A stretch of DNA of 64,000 bases, taken from positions 62,001 through 126,000 of IMG/VR virus record IMGVR_UViG_3300009093_000034, one strand, 5' to 3'. The translations under genes and the position numbers were made by a program. The notes under the pieces were generated by a model that was not told where the DNA came from, searched no databases, and saw only the letters and a list, made by a program, of their open reading frames with translations. Shown piece by piece: positions 39,277 through 49,581 of the stretch; the stretch's first letter is position 1; every line of letters starts with the position of its first letter.

Positions 39277-40428
39277 TTACTTTTCTTCGTATTTCCATCC
39301 ACGTTCTTGAAGAATATTAACGACAAAACAACTTGGCCCACATGCCTTATGGATCACTTGTTTCTGAGTAAAAGATCTAACAATTTCTTTCTTGTTGGTA
39401 AAGATCGACTCTAAGGAATCTTTTGTTAGATCTCCTAAGTACTCCCTATTTTCACAACAAATGAACGACCAAATGTTTCCTTCTTGAGAGTACTCGAAGT
39501 AGATGTTCTGCAAGAAAGGACAATTATATCTATCGAAACTGAGAACCCAAGATCTTTTAGCATCATTCGATAAGATCGAGATGGTGTTTAAGATCTCTTT
39601 GGTTTGTTCTTTTTCCATCTTGATCAAACCAACAATAGCGGAGATATCAGAGAACGGAACCTTGATCTTTCTATCTTTGTGGGTAGAAACAAGAGCGTTG
39701 ACGTCTTCTTTGATTGCTTGGATCAACAATTCATCTTGTGGATGTTTGGAAAAAACCTCTTCATCACTATAGTCCGGATTGGTGTCGTTCTTATTAAAGA
39801 TGACTGTTAACCTAGACTTTTCTTCATCAGAGAACTCTTCTTCAACAAAATCAAGGATCTTGATGACATAGTGCTCTAAGATGGTCTTTGGACTCATAAC
39901 AAATGAAACAGTTGTAGATAGTTGAGCCTTTAAAAGCTCATGAACAGTGTTGACTGCAGCTTTCCATGCGTTAGGAACTCTCATTCTGGTCATGTGAGTC
40001 TCAGCGTTGTAGCCGTTTAGAGAGACTTGAATGCCTGTTCCTCTACTCGAGATCTTTAGGAAATCTATCCAAGACTTTGTCAGTCTGATACCATTGGTGA
40101 TCAATGAGTAAGAAATATTTGGAGCTTGTTCATACCAAGACTTGAAGATCTCAAGGTTGTGAGGGTTCATTGTGACCTCGCCGCCTTTGATGTTGACGTG
40201 AAAAGTTCCACCAAAGGCTATAGCAGCACCGACGACAGTTTTGGTTAGGATGTCCAAAACCTCTTTGTCCTTAGAGATCTCCATTCCTCTGTTTCCTTTA
40301 TAATTTCTTAAGGACGGAGGAAGATAACAAAACTCACAACTTGCATTGCAGTGGAGGTTATCCAAGCTGACTTGCATAGTTGTGGTTCTATGGTGTTTGA
40401 AGAAGTCGATGTAATAGTCTAAGTCCAT
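39277..40428 (-). CDS. radical SAM protein with SPASM/twitch-like C-terminus
   Basis: CNASCEFC (CxxxCxxC), GGEVT, ITNG, VSLNG; Cys cluster near the C-terminus. Confidence 0.9.
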   Translation of the reverse strand: MDLDYYIDFFKHHRTTTMQVSLDNLHCNASCEFCYLPPSLRNYKGNRGMEISKDKEVLDILTKTVVGAAIAFGGTFHVNIKGGEVTMNPHNLEIFKSWYEQAPNISYSLITNGIRLTKSWIDFLKISSRGTGIQVSLNGYNAETHMTRMRVPNAWKAAVNTVHELLKAQLSTTVSFVMSPKTILEHYVIKILDFVEEEFSDEEKSRLTVIFNKNDTNPDYSDEEVFSKHPQDELLIQAIKEDVNALVSTHKDRKIKVPFSDISAIVGLIKMEKEQTKEILNTISILSNDAKRSWVLSFDRYNCPFLQNIYFEYSQEGNIWSFICCENREYLGDLTKDSLESIFTNKKEIVRSFTQKQVIHKACGPSCFVVNILQERGWKYEEK

Positions 40429-40446
40429 TTGATCATTTAGTGGAAA

Positions 40447-42222
40447 TTAAAGAGCCCCACGGATGACAGCAACCTTTGGAAGTTCTGCCCAAGACTTATC
40501 GACCCCGTCTTCAAGTTCCTTGGCTCGACTGATGAATCCTGAGAAGTCTAAAGCTCCTGGAAGGTCAGCTTTAACTTGACTTCTTAACATACCAAAGGCT
40601 CTGAGAACTTTGGCAGTAGCTAGTTTTCTGACGTCGTTCAATCTATCAAAGTGGATAGCTCTCCAATCATTAGAAGCCATAGCCCAGTGAATCTCAACAG
40701 GTCCAATCTTGTTGGAGTAACCAACCAGAACCTGCTTGTCCTTTTTCAACTCAATGTGGAACTCAATACGAGTAGAGTAGTTGATCATACCTTGACGCGC
40801 TGCTCTATCCAATGCCATGACGCTGAAACCTTGAAGGTTAGCGTAGCCTGGTGAGTTTTGAGAGTTGTTTCTATTTGGAGACCAAGAAGAACCAAAGCCA
40901 GAAGCAGCAACCTCAGTAGCATAGAAGAAGAATGGAGATGATCCTGCACCACCCTTACCTACTGAACCTTGGTTGACGAAGGCACGAAGAGCACCGTAAG
41001 CTCCTTCAGGAAGAGGGATCTCAAACTGATTGTAACCAACATAACTGATGTTGGTGTAGAGTTTTGGTTTTGAGATTGGAAAGAACTTAAAATACTCTTG
41101 CATTGCAGGTTTGATCATGTTGTTCAAGATCTTAGAACGAGAGAACTCCAACTCTTCATATAAGAAGAATGGAACTCCAACTTCTGTCATGATGATCTCA
41201 AGTTCCTCATCGGAGATGTTGATGTCTGAGGTCTCGTCGTTCGAGTAAGGAACAAAGCTGAAGTCTGTCTCTATAGCAGAGACGTTCAAGAGCTCTTGAG
41301 CTGTCATCAAAAGTCTGAAGTGTGGAGTGATGATGTTGTTGTTGAAACAGAAGAAACCTTGATTCTCATCGCTGATGAAGGCACTGTCCCATGGAAGAGG
41401 ATCTTTACTATAAAGAGACGCCTCGCAGTAGATCAAAGCTCCTTCCAATTCGAACTGAGGAAGAGGAGGCAATGGAGGGACTGGTGGAGGAGGATAAGGT
41501 GGAGGCTGAACAGAAGCAGGGGTTGTATAGCTTGTGACCAAAGAAGGAGCTGACTCTGTTCCAGGAGAAAGAGTCTTGGTCATCACGAAGTAATATGTTG
41601 TGCTAGCATCAAGTCCGTTTATAGCAACTGGACTTGTAACGTTTGAGATCTTGGTGCTTAGAAGGGTGACAGGTTGAGTACTAGACCAATAGATGTTGTA
41701 CGTAGCTCCTACGTCTGCTGTGAAAGTAACGTTTACATCTGTTGGTGTCACTTGTGTAACAGTAGGAGCAGGTGGAGTGGTCGTGACGGTGGTTAGAGGA
41801 GTACCTGACATCTGAGAGGTCTGTCCAGACTCTCCAGTTGGAGCGATAGCTGTGACAATGTAAAAGTACTCTGTGCCATTGATCAATCCAGCATGATTGA
41901 AAGGAGGTTGGAGTTGAACGATCTTGTTAGCAGACTCTGGAAGAACAACTCCAGGGGTGGTAGACCAGTAGACGTTGTAAGAGACGGCGTCTGGAACTAG
42001 ATCCCACGAAAGGGTGTTTTGTCCATTTCCAGGAGTAACAACAAAGTTAGAAGGAGGGCTTGGAACAGACAACTGAACCAAGTAAATCATGTCTTTGACA
42101 TAGGTTCTTGACTGAGGGGTGATGATGGCCGAGCCTAAACTGGCCCAAGCATCTCTTACCTTAGAAGGAAAACCATAGTCTTTGTATTGCTTGAGAACGT
42201 CGTAGTTAGTTAACTGAGGCAT
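40447..42222 (-). CDS. virion structural protein with two fibronectin type III domains
   Basis: PSNFVVTPGNGQNTLSWDLVPDAVSYNVYW...NGTEYFYIVTA and a second FN3; Pro-rich linker; C-terminal neck/adaptor-like domain. Confidence 0.7.
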   Translation of the reverse strand: MPQLTNYDVLKQYKDYGFPSKVRDAWASLGSAIITPQSRTYVKDMIYLVQLSVPSPPSNFVVTPGNGQNTLSWDLVPDAVSYNVYWSTTPGVVLPESANKIVQLQPPFNHAGLINGTEYFYIVTAIAPTGESGQTSQMSGTPLTTVTTTPPAPTVTQVTPTDVNVTFTADVGATYNIYWSSTQPVTLLSTKISNVTSPVAINGLDASTTYYFVMTKTLSPGTESAPSLVTSYTTPASVQPPPYPPPPVPPLPPLPQFELEGALIYCEASLYSKDPLPWDSAFISDENQGFFCFNNNIITPHFRLLMTAQELLNVSAIETDFSFVPYSNDETSDINISDEELEIIMTEVGVPFFLYEELEFSRSKILNNMIKPAMQEYFKFFPISKPKLYTNISYVGYNQFEIPLPEGAYGALRAFVNQGSVGKGGAGSSPFFFYATEVAASGFGSSWSPNRNNSQNSPGYANLQGFSVMALDRAARQGMINYSTRIEFHIELKKDKQVLVGYSNKIGPVEIHWAMASNDWRAIHFDRLNDVRKLATAKVLRAFGMLRSQVKADLPGALDFSGFISRAKELEDGVDKSWAELPKVAVIRGAL

Positions 42223-42676
42223 TGGTCTGAGCCTCCAATGAAGAAGCCATCAAGGTATATGAGAACACAACTTGACCCGTAGAGAAGTTGAACTGAACAG
42301 CTTGTTGACCCCAAATAGCGGTCTTTCCAGCTGACTTTAACCTTTGGAGAATGATTTGTCTATCATGCTCAACAGCTTGTGGGTTTCCACTGAAACCTTT
42401 GAAGTCTGGAACGTCATAGACCGATGTAACACCAAAGCCGAGAAGAACTTCTTGTTGATCTAGGATTGGATGAATCTGACCAGCGTTCTTTTTGAAGCTA
42501 TTGTCATTTCCTAGTAGATCTAACATAGAAGCATAAATCAGAGGCTCAATTGTTCTTGTCATGGTATCCCAAAGTGTTGAGATTCCACCATAAAACAGCT
42601 GAGTCCATCTTTCAATGTTACCGTTTGGGTAACCACTTAAGCTCTTAGGTTTTGGCGTTTGTGCTGGCTGGTCCAT
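42206..42676 (-). CDS. hypothetical protein (late-motif gene)
   Basis: ATG 4 nt after ACTAATT on the minus strand. Confidence 0.6.
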   Translation of the reverse strand: MDQPAQTPKPKSLSGYPNGNIERWTQLFYGGISTLWDTMTRTIEPLIYASMLDLLGNDNSFKKNAGQIHPILDQQEVLLGFGVTSVYDVPDFKGFSGNPQAVEHDRQIILQRLKSAGKTAIWGQQAVQFNFSTGQVVFSYTLMASSLEAQTNASVN

Positions 42677-42707
42677 GAATAATTAGTGCTTTCTAGAATT
42701 ATACTAA

Positions 42708-44318
42708 GTGATTAGGAGAGTTATCTTGCCTGACCTTCAAAAAGAAGACCAGAAGAAAGACAAAAAAGAAAAGAAGCCATTTAAGTGGTCAGTTCTTTTT
42801 ATTGTATTGAAGTACACGGCTTTTGCTATCTTCTCCATCGTGTCTTTTCTTCTATCACTAAACATGTTCAGACAGCTTTCAAGCGAGCCATTTGAACAAC
42901 TTCTACTGACCTGTGTTACTGTTGCCCTTGAGGGTTTTAAGATCTTTGTGTTGATTAGAGCCAACACTTTATTTCGTCTAAAGTTCAAAAAACCTGCTAG
43001 AAGATCATACTTGATGTATGCTATTCTAGCTATGATGTCCATCTTGGCTGCTTATGGAACAACTAGAACCATCATTGAAAGATCTGCTGCTACAGAAAGT
43101 ACCAACGAATACGTTCTCAAGATCGCAGATAAGCAAGCTGAGATCACAGCTTTAGAGAAAGCAACAGCTACTTTAACAAACGACATTGAGACCTTAAAAG
43201 CTCGTCAAGCTAAGTTACCTGACGATTTTTCTGGAGAGTTCAACACTCTACAAAATGGAATCAACAAAGACGCGTCTAAGATCGCTGATAACGACAATGC
43301 TAAGTCCATCAAGAACAATGAACTTACTGCTCTAAAGTTGCTCTCTTCGAAACAGAGTAACATTACAAGATCTAGCGTTGGAATGTTCCCTCTCATGGCT
43401 TCAGACTTTCACATCCCTGTGAACTTCTTGACCTTGTTCATTCTTCTGTTGATCTCAATCTTGATTGAGCTAGGAATCATCTCGACCTCACCAACCATCA
43501 AAGTTGACAAGGAACACTTGTCTCACTTCTTAGATGAGTTCTCTCATGAAGCAGCTTCTCAAGCTGAACAAGAAGAGGAAACCAAAAAAGAAGAGTCTAA
43601 AGTTGAAGAAACTATGGTTGAACCTCCTCAGGAAGAACCACCAAAGGTTTCAAAGAAAAGATCTCCTTCCAAGAAGTCTCAAAGTAAGAAAGTAACAAAG
43701 TCTCCAGTCCAAAAGATCAAAGAGGAACCTATTGTTCCTCCTCAGGTTCCTGAAGAGACGATTCCTGAACCTGAAGAACCTACTGTTGAAGCTTCTCCTT
43801 CAGAAGAAGCTGAACCTACTCCATCTCCTGAAGTAGCAGAGACCAAAGAGGAAATAAAACAACCGGACCCTTCTACTGAAGGTCCAAAACCTGTTGTTTT
43901 TAGAGGCGTACCCAAGTCTGTCGTTCCTTTGACTGAACAACCTTCTGCCTTTGCTTCGGATCTTGTTGTTACAAGAAAGAAGCCTACAACAAACGCTGTT
44001 TCTCCGACTGAGGTTTCCAAGTTGTACAGGTTTGGAAAAACCACCGAAGCAGTTAAGAATGCCTTTGTTGAGTTTGTGAAAGAGATCTTCAAGGATGGAA
44101 AAGCTGACCTGTCCAGAACTGCAGACATCGCTCAGTCTTTGAAGCTAAAGCCTGGAATTGGAGCAGTTTTTGCTTCTAGACTTAGAGAAACTAGGGACCC
44201 AAACGGAGATCCTTTGGTTGTTCAACACAGCACACAAGAAGGAAATTTCTTAGTTCCCAAATTTCCAATTGATTACATCATAGAGTACAGCACACAAGAA
44301 ACAGGAGCTAACACGTGA
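42708..44318 (+). CDS. polytopic membrane protein with coiled coil and Pro/Glu-rich tail
   Basis: Three N-terminal TM helices, long coil, fourth TM, low-complexity C-terminal half. Confidence 0.65.
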   Translation: MIRRVILPDLQKEDQKKDKKEKKPFKWSVLFIVLKYTAFAIFSIVSFLLSLNMFRQLSSEPFEQLLLTCVTVALEGFKIFVLIRANTLFRLKFKKPARRSYLMYAILAMMSILAAYGTTRTIIERSAATESTNEYVLKIADKQAEITALEKATATLTNDIETLKARQAKLPDDFSGEFNTLQNGINKDASKIADNDNAKSIKNNELTALKLLSSKQSNITRSSVGMFPLMASDFHIPVNFLTLFILLLISILIELGIISTSPTIKVDKEHLSHFLDEFSHEAASQAEQEEETKKEESKVEETMVEPPQEEPPKVSKKRSPSKKSQSKKVTKSPVQKIKEEPIVPPQVPEETIPEPEEPTVEASPSEEAEPTPSPEVAETKEEIKQPDPSTEGPKPVVFRGVPKSVVPLTEQPSAFASDLVVTRKKPTTNAVSPTEVSKLYRFGKTTEAVKNAFVEFVKEIFKDGKADLSRTADIAQSLKLKPGIGAVFASRLRETRDPNGDPLVVQHSTQEGNFLVPKFPIDYIIEYSTQETGANT

Positions 44319-44683
44319 ATCTCAAGTTAGATGATCAGACCAAAAGCCTTATTGAAGACGTCTCAGCTCTCTCAGGTTACCATAAAGACGTTGTCAGAGA
44401 GATCTGGGAACTGACACTTTACCGTTGGTTAGAAGACATCACAAGAAACCCTAAAGGGTTAAACCATCTCAACGTCCCATTCTTGGGAACAGTCGGAGTT
44501 AAGTACTCAGGAGATCTCAGAAAAGAAGATGGAACCTTTGTTCCTCAAGTTGAGAACTTCGTGTCATTGTCCGACAAGTTCAAGTCTCTTGTAGGAGAGA
44601 TCTACTCAGAAGGGAACCTTGTTCTAGCCTCATTGTTTGAAAGCAAGATTGAACAAGCCATCCTCTCAGCAGCTAAAGGTTAA
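44315..44683 (+). CDS. HU/IHF-like DNA-binding protein
   Basis: SLIEDVSALSGYHKDVVREIW...LNVPFLGTVGV pattern. Confidence 0.5.
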   Translation: MNLKLDDQTKSLIEDVSALSGYHKDVVREIWELTLYRWLEDITRNPKGLNHLNVPFLGTVGVKYSGDLRKEDGTFVPQVENFVSLSDKFKSLVGEIYSEGNLVLASLFESKIEQAILSAAKG

Positions 44684-44699
44684 ATTTTACTAATTGAAC

Positions 44700-44987
44700 A
44701 TGATGAGTGATGGACAAGATCTATACGAACGCCTCCTTAAGATAAATGAACCTTTCTACAAAGAGTTCAAAGAGTATGTCGAAAAAGAATTCCACTGCGA
44801 TCTTTCTTCTTTTTTGGAAGATCTTTGGCCAAAGACCGAAGATTATGCCCACGAAGATGATGATTTTTGGATGACCCTTTCTGAAACATACCCAGATCCT
44901 AAGGTAGCAGTTAATGATCTCTTCCAAGAGTCTGAAGGCGTCAGGGTACAATCAATGATGGCAACACACTACATCAGACATCACTAA
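44700..44987 (+). CDS. hypothetical protein
   Basis: ATG 4 nt after ACTAATT. Confidence 0.55.
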   Translation: MMSDGQDLYERLLKINEPFYKEFKEYVEKEFHCDLSSFLEDLWPKTEDYAHEDDDFWMTLSETYPDPKVAVNDLFQESEGVRVQSMMATHYIRHH

Positions 44988-45012
44988 TTGTAGTAACATA
45001 GGAGAATCCTTT

Positions 45013-45879
45013 ATGGCCAATCGACGTTCATCTAGTGCTAACATCAACGATCTTTACCTTTCTCTTGACACCGTCAAGCAGATGCTAGGTGAGGTCATCA
45101 GAACTCTTGAAGATGCATCTAGCGTTGCAGAGAGACTAGGTGCTGATGTTGCATCCAAGCTCGTCCCCCTTCTTAAGACCAACCTTCCAGCCAAAGTCAG
45201 AGACATGGTTGAAGGACAAAACGGCGACAGCATCTATTCCATGCTTGACTACTTAGACGCTCTTCCAGTTGGAGCAATCAGAGACAGAGGAGACGAAGCA
45301 ATCTTCGGAGCTTCTCCAGGTGCAGCCGCTGCCCCAGGTGAAGAAGATCTTTCTTCTAGATTTGGTGCAAGACCAGCCGGAGGCGTAGCTCTTCCAGGAC
45401 AAGGCGGAGCTCCAGTTGAGACTCAGACCCCTGAGTTTACTCCTAGAGACTCTCAGTCTGAGATTCAGAGAGTTGCTGCTTCTACCAAGAACGATCTCTC
45501 AAGAGTTATGAGAGAGACTCAAGAAGAAGAGAGCGCAGCTCCAATCTACGAAGGTAGATTAGACTTCAAGGAACTCAAGAGAAAGGAGAACTTCCAGGAG
45601 TCTCTTTCTTCTGGTGTTTCTAGCGATGACAGATACTATCAGTCCTTGCTTGAGCAAAGCACACACTCTCCAAGAGAGGATGTTACTGGTGCCATCTCCT
45701 TGAAAGAAGACATCTTGATGGGAACCTCTACTAAGCCTCTCTACGACTCTAAGTCTAAGTTCAGAGATGAACCTACCAAGGAGTCAGCTGATTGGGGAGA
45801 TTGGAAGAACTTGGTTGACGACAACCCAATCAAGGGTATGGACGCAGCCGACCTTGCTTCTGCTCTTACAAGAATGTAA
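45013..45879 (+). CDS. hypothetical protein (late-motif gene, possible head/scaffold component)
   Basis: ACTAATT motif and AGGAG RBS; IYEG/FQES/LKED linkers. Confidence 0.6.
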   Translation: MANRRSSSANINDLYLSLDTVKQMLGEVIRTLEDASSVAERLGADVASKLVPLLKTNLPAKVRDMVEGQNGDSIYSMLDYLDALPVGAIRDRGDEAIFGASPGAAAAPGEEDLSSRFGARPAGGVALPGQGGAPVETQTPEFTPRDSQSEIQRVAASTKNDLSRVMRETQEEESAAPIYEGRLDFKELKRKENFQESLSSGVSSDDRYYQSLLEQSTHSPREDVTGAISLKEDILMGTSTKPLYDSKSKFRDEPTKESADWGDWKNLVDDNPIKGMDAADLASALTRM

Positions 45880-46096
45880 GGAAAAACTTTACTTCCAGCC
45901 GGGAAGGTGAGATATTATCAATACAACGGTGAGTAACTCAGTTCTCATAGAGAATTCGGGTATTCGAAGTGGTTTAGTATTTCACCTGCCCCAGTGGTTC
46001 TTCGAAGCCCTGGAAGGGGCCAGTAGCTTTTAGTTCCCCGAGGTTTCTAAGAGCATTCAAAGCAGTAATCAGCCCGCCTGCGCCCAACCTCGTTAT

Positions 46097-46169
46097 GCTG
46101 ACATAGCTCCAATGGTAGAGCACAACCATGGTAAGGTTGTTGTTCCCGGTTCGAGTCCGGGTGTCAGCT
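46097..46169 (+). tRNA. tRNA-Thr(GGT)
   Basis: Full cloverleaf; CAACC-ATGGTAA-GGTTG; TTCGAGT T loop. Confidence 0.9.
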
Positions 46170-46170
46170 C

Positions 46171-46563
46171 TTGAAAAAGAGAAATGGTACTTGCATCCAA
46201 TGTGGAGAACCACTACATGCAGGTGATAAATACTGTAGTAGTACTTGTCAAAATCGATTCCAAACTAAAACTTTGATTTTGAATTGGTTAAACTACGGTT
46301 TACCTAAGAAATATGCCAGTCCCCGTAGAGGACTGGCTTTACCTACCTATGTTTCTTCTTATATTAAAGAACAACAACACGATTGTTGTTCTCTCTGTAA
46401 TAGAGAAGCAATTTGGGAAAATAAACCACTCAATATGGTTTTAGACCATATTGACGGAGATGCATCAAATAATCTAAGATCTAATCTTAGATTAATTTGT
46501 CCAAACTGTAACTCTCAAACTTCTACTTTTTCAGGTAGAAATAGAGGAAACGGTAAAAGATAA
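46171..46563 (+). mobile_element. free-standing HNH endonuclease between tRNA genes
   Basis: LDHIDGDASNNLRSNLRLICPNCNSQT; locally AT-richer; wedged between tRNA-Thr and tRNA-Ala. Confidence 0.8.
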
Positions 46564-46636
46564 GGGGCCTTAGTGACATCGGTAGCACACCTCTATGGCA
46601 TGGAGGAAGGGCGGGTTCGACTCTCCGCAGGTTCCA
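46564..46636 (+). tRNA. tRNA-Ala(GGC)
   Basis: GGGGCCT acceptor; CCTCT-ATGGCAT-GGAGG. Confidence 0.8.
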
Positions 46637-46652
46637 GTGTTTAAGTTTTATT

Positions 46653-46724
46653 GGGCCGTTCGTTCAACGGATAGGACAGGATACTTCTAATATTCTAATG
46701 TGGGTTCGATTCCTGCACGGCTCG
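46653..46724 (+). tRNA. tRNA-Arg(TCT)
   Basis: GGATA-CTTCTAA-TATTC; TTCGATT. Confidence 0.85.
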
Positions 46725-46738
46725 TAGAAGGTATAAAA

Positions 46739-47194
46739 ATGATCAAGAATGTGGCCATGATCTTCATGGCAGCTGTTTTGTTCTCTTGTACTCCAGAGGT
46801 AAAAGTTGAGGTCGTTCCTAGTCCTCAGCCTACTCTGACTCAGGCAGAAGTGACTGCTGAACCTCAGCATCTTCATGTTGATCTTCTCGGTGTTCACACT
46901 GTGAAGCCCAAGGATACTCTTTGGGGTATCAGTGGACTTTGGTACAACGACTACGTTTTGTGGCCGGCTATCTACCAAATCAACAAGGGTCAGATCAAAG
47001 ATCCGGACCTGATCTACACTGGTCAGAAGTTCGATATTCCTAAGCTTTCTGGTACCGATCTTTCTACTTTGTCCGATGGTGATAAGTCCCTTCTTTCTGA
47101 AGGTTACTTGGAAGCCTATCGTGTCTACAAAGACAAGGGTCGTGCCGACGCTGAAGACTATCACAAGTCTGGTGAAGACTTGATCAACAAGTAA
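46739..47194 (+). CDS. LysM-domain lipoprotein
   Basis: Lipobox VLFSC; HTVKPKDTLWGIS...WPAIYQINKGQIKDPDLIYTGQKFDIP. Confidence 0.88.
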   Translation: MIKNVAMIFMAAVLFSCTPEVKVEVVPSPQPTLTQAEVTAEPQHLHVDLLGVHTVKPKDTLWGISGLWYNDYVLWPAIYQINKGQIKDPDLIYTGQKFDIPKLSGTDLSTLSDGDKSLLSEGYLEAYRVYKDKGRADAEDYHKSGEDLINK

Positions 47195-47573
47195 TCAAGT
47201 CTAAGGAAAGGAAAATGACCTTTGCTGTTGGAGCAATTTGTTTAGGGATCGGTTTGATCCTTGGAGTAGCTTTGAGAAAAAGTCCTAAGAAGGATTACGA
47301 AGCTGTTCCAGAACCAGGTTCAGAATGGCTGTAATTCCTGATGATGCTTTCGTCTCATGGATGGATAAGGAAGGAGTTTGGTACTGTACCACCAAGGATT
47401 CACATCTGGTAGGTTCAGGACCTAGCATGCTTCATGCTAGACTTTCTTACTTAGAACTTTTGAAAAACGAGAATAGTTAAGTCGAGGCGGCTGCCCTAAA
47501 GTCGGAGAAATAACGCGTGTCCAGTTCGAAGCGCTCCGCACCTTACACTGGAGAGGGTAACTATTCTTTATAC

Positions 47574-47656
47574 GCACTTGTGGCGGAACGGTATACGCGC
47601 TAGTTTGAGGTACTAGTGGGCGCAAGCTCGTGAGGGTTCAAATCCCTCCAAGTGCA
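47574..47656 (+). tRNA. tRNA-Leu(GAG), canonical type II
   Basis: CTAGT-TTGAGGT-ACTAG; variable arm GGGC-GCAA-GCTC. Confidence 0.92.
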
Positions 47657-47668
47657 TAAGGTAAGAAA

Positions 47669-48779
47669 ATGAAACACTTGTTTTGTAAGATCTTTCACAA
47701 GCCTACGTTTGTGAAACAGTGGGAGAGCGAAGGTAAAAAGCATTTAGATGCTTGGCCTTATAATCCTCTTGTTCTTCATCCAGATCTGAGTTACAACTTC
47801 CTTCATTTCATGTGTCCAAAGTGCAAGGAAGAATGGGACGAGTTCAAAGGCGATCCTTTCCCAAGGGTTCTTCGTCCGAGATATTATAGAAAAAGTGAGA
47901 CCGACACTACAGATACAATCTGGAGTTAAGTCTAAAACATGGTGGAGTTGCCAGAGAGGTTATTGGCCCTGACTGTGAATCAGGTGGTCGCGGGTTCGAG
48001 TCCCGTACTTCACCCTTTCTTAGGAGCATCAAATGCTGGTTAATCCGTTGATCTCTGTTCCGTGCAAACATTGCCAACAGACTACTACGATCAACGTCAA
48101 GTCTATCTCAAGTCTAAACACAGAGAATGAAAGACTCCAGCGAGAGTTAGATGAAGCCAACAAGAAGATCAAGTTGTTAGAACTTGCTGCTGGTTGGGGA
48201 AAGTCAGACTCAGGTGGCTTTGATGGTATGTTTGGAGATCTCTTCTCTACAAAGAAGAGAAACGAATATTGATGAAAGTAAAACTTCCATCTAGAGGACG
48301 AGGTCTCTTTAGAGAAGAGTACTATTCAATTTGCTCAGCTCACCAAGAGTTCAATCAAGAGTGTTCTACTTGCAAGATTGGTTCTTGGCATAATGTGTGG
48401 TTAGGTGTTGCTAATAGCGTTCTTTTCAAAGTTTGGCCAGCTCTTTGGATCTGGAATGCCAATCGTCCAAAGAACAAAACCAAGTGGCTCAAGTCCATCA
48501 ACGCTAAGAATAATTTCCCAAATCTAAGGTAAGAAAATGAAATTCTCAATTTTGGTCTTGTCATTCTGTCTTCTAACTGGTTGTAGCGCTGCTTACAATG
48601 GCGGAATGAACAACAGCTATTCTCCTTCCCTGTTTTCAATCCCAGAAGGATTGGAGTACGGAAAAGAAGTGGGAAAGAACTGGTTCGAAGGAACCTACAA
48701 AGGTGACAAGGTTTTGATCCATCAGACCGTTTCATACGGTGGATATTGGGAAGTTACCTTTATGTACGTGAAGAAGTAA
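47669..48779 (+). CDS. small hypothetical proteins (47669-47929, 48033-48272, 48269-48532, 48537-48779 lipoprotein)
   Basis: ORF track; the last has lipobox LLTGC. Confidence 0.55.
47941..48015 (+). tRNA. tRNA-His(GTG)
   Basis: CCTGA-CTGTGAA-TCAGG; C73. Confidence 0.88.
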
Positions 48780-48796
48780 GATCGTATATTAGATGA

Positions 48797-49408
48797 ATGC
48801 CTCAATTCACCGACGACCAAACCTTCTTACTGAAAAAGTCCTTTGAAAAGTTCTTGAAGAACTCAACTGGAAAGTTCGTTGTTTTTGACCTTGAGACAAA
48901 CGGTTTTCATGGTTCTAGTGTTCTTTCCATCTCAGCACAAAAGTGCCTCTTTGTAAGAGGAAAGAAAGTCTCTGTTCTTGGGGACTACAATCGTTTCTAC
49001 TTTCCTGTAGAGAAGTTCAATTGGCAGGCCATCAAGATCAACGGTCTTGGAAGAACTGCAGTGACAGCAAAAAGAGGTTCAGCTACTTACGCTCAGAACT
49101 TTATCGACGACATTACTGCCTTCAAACGATGGTGTGAAGGAATCGAACACTTTGTAGGTCACAACATCATCAAGTTCGATTGTGAGTTCTTTCCAAAGGA
49201 CTTCAAGTTCACACACGTGTTTGACACCATGTTAGAAACTGTGGAACTTTGTAAGATATTGAGAGATGACGGTAAGAACAAGTTCCCTAAGTTGAGGGAA
49301 GCCGCAGAGTTCTTTGAGATTGATATTTCTGAGGGAATTCTTCACACGTCTAGTTTTGACGTAGATGTGACCACTCAACTGTTTGAGAAATTGTACTCAC
49401 TAACTTAA
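48797..49408 (+). CDS. DEDDh 3'-5' exonuclease (DnaQ-like)
   Basis: VVFDLETNG...VGHNIIKFD...DTM...PKLREAAE...HTSSFDV. Confidence 0.9.
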   Translation: MPQFTDDQTFLLKKSFEKFLKNSTGKFVVFDLETNGFHGSSVLSISAQKCLFVRGKKVSVLGDYNRFYFPVEKFNWQAIKINGLGRTAVTAKRGSATYAQNFIDDITAFKRWCEGIEHFVGHNIIKFDCEFFPKDFKFTHVFDTMLETVELCKILRDDGKNKFPKLREAAEFFEIDISEGILHTSSFDVDVTTQLFEKLYSLT

Positions 49409-49581
49409 GGAGTGATCGTGACTGCAAGTATCATTTTCTTGTGTATCTTTTTTGCAGTAGCCGTTTTTTGGCTTGGTTACACTGTTGGTTGGTCGTCTAA
49501 CGATAACTCATTCAACAAACAAATGCGTCGACGAAGACAAATTGATATCCAGAACACCATTGAGAGTTTTGGAAGAACTAC

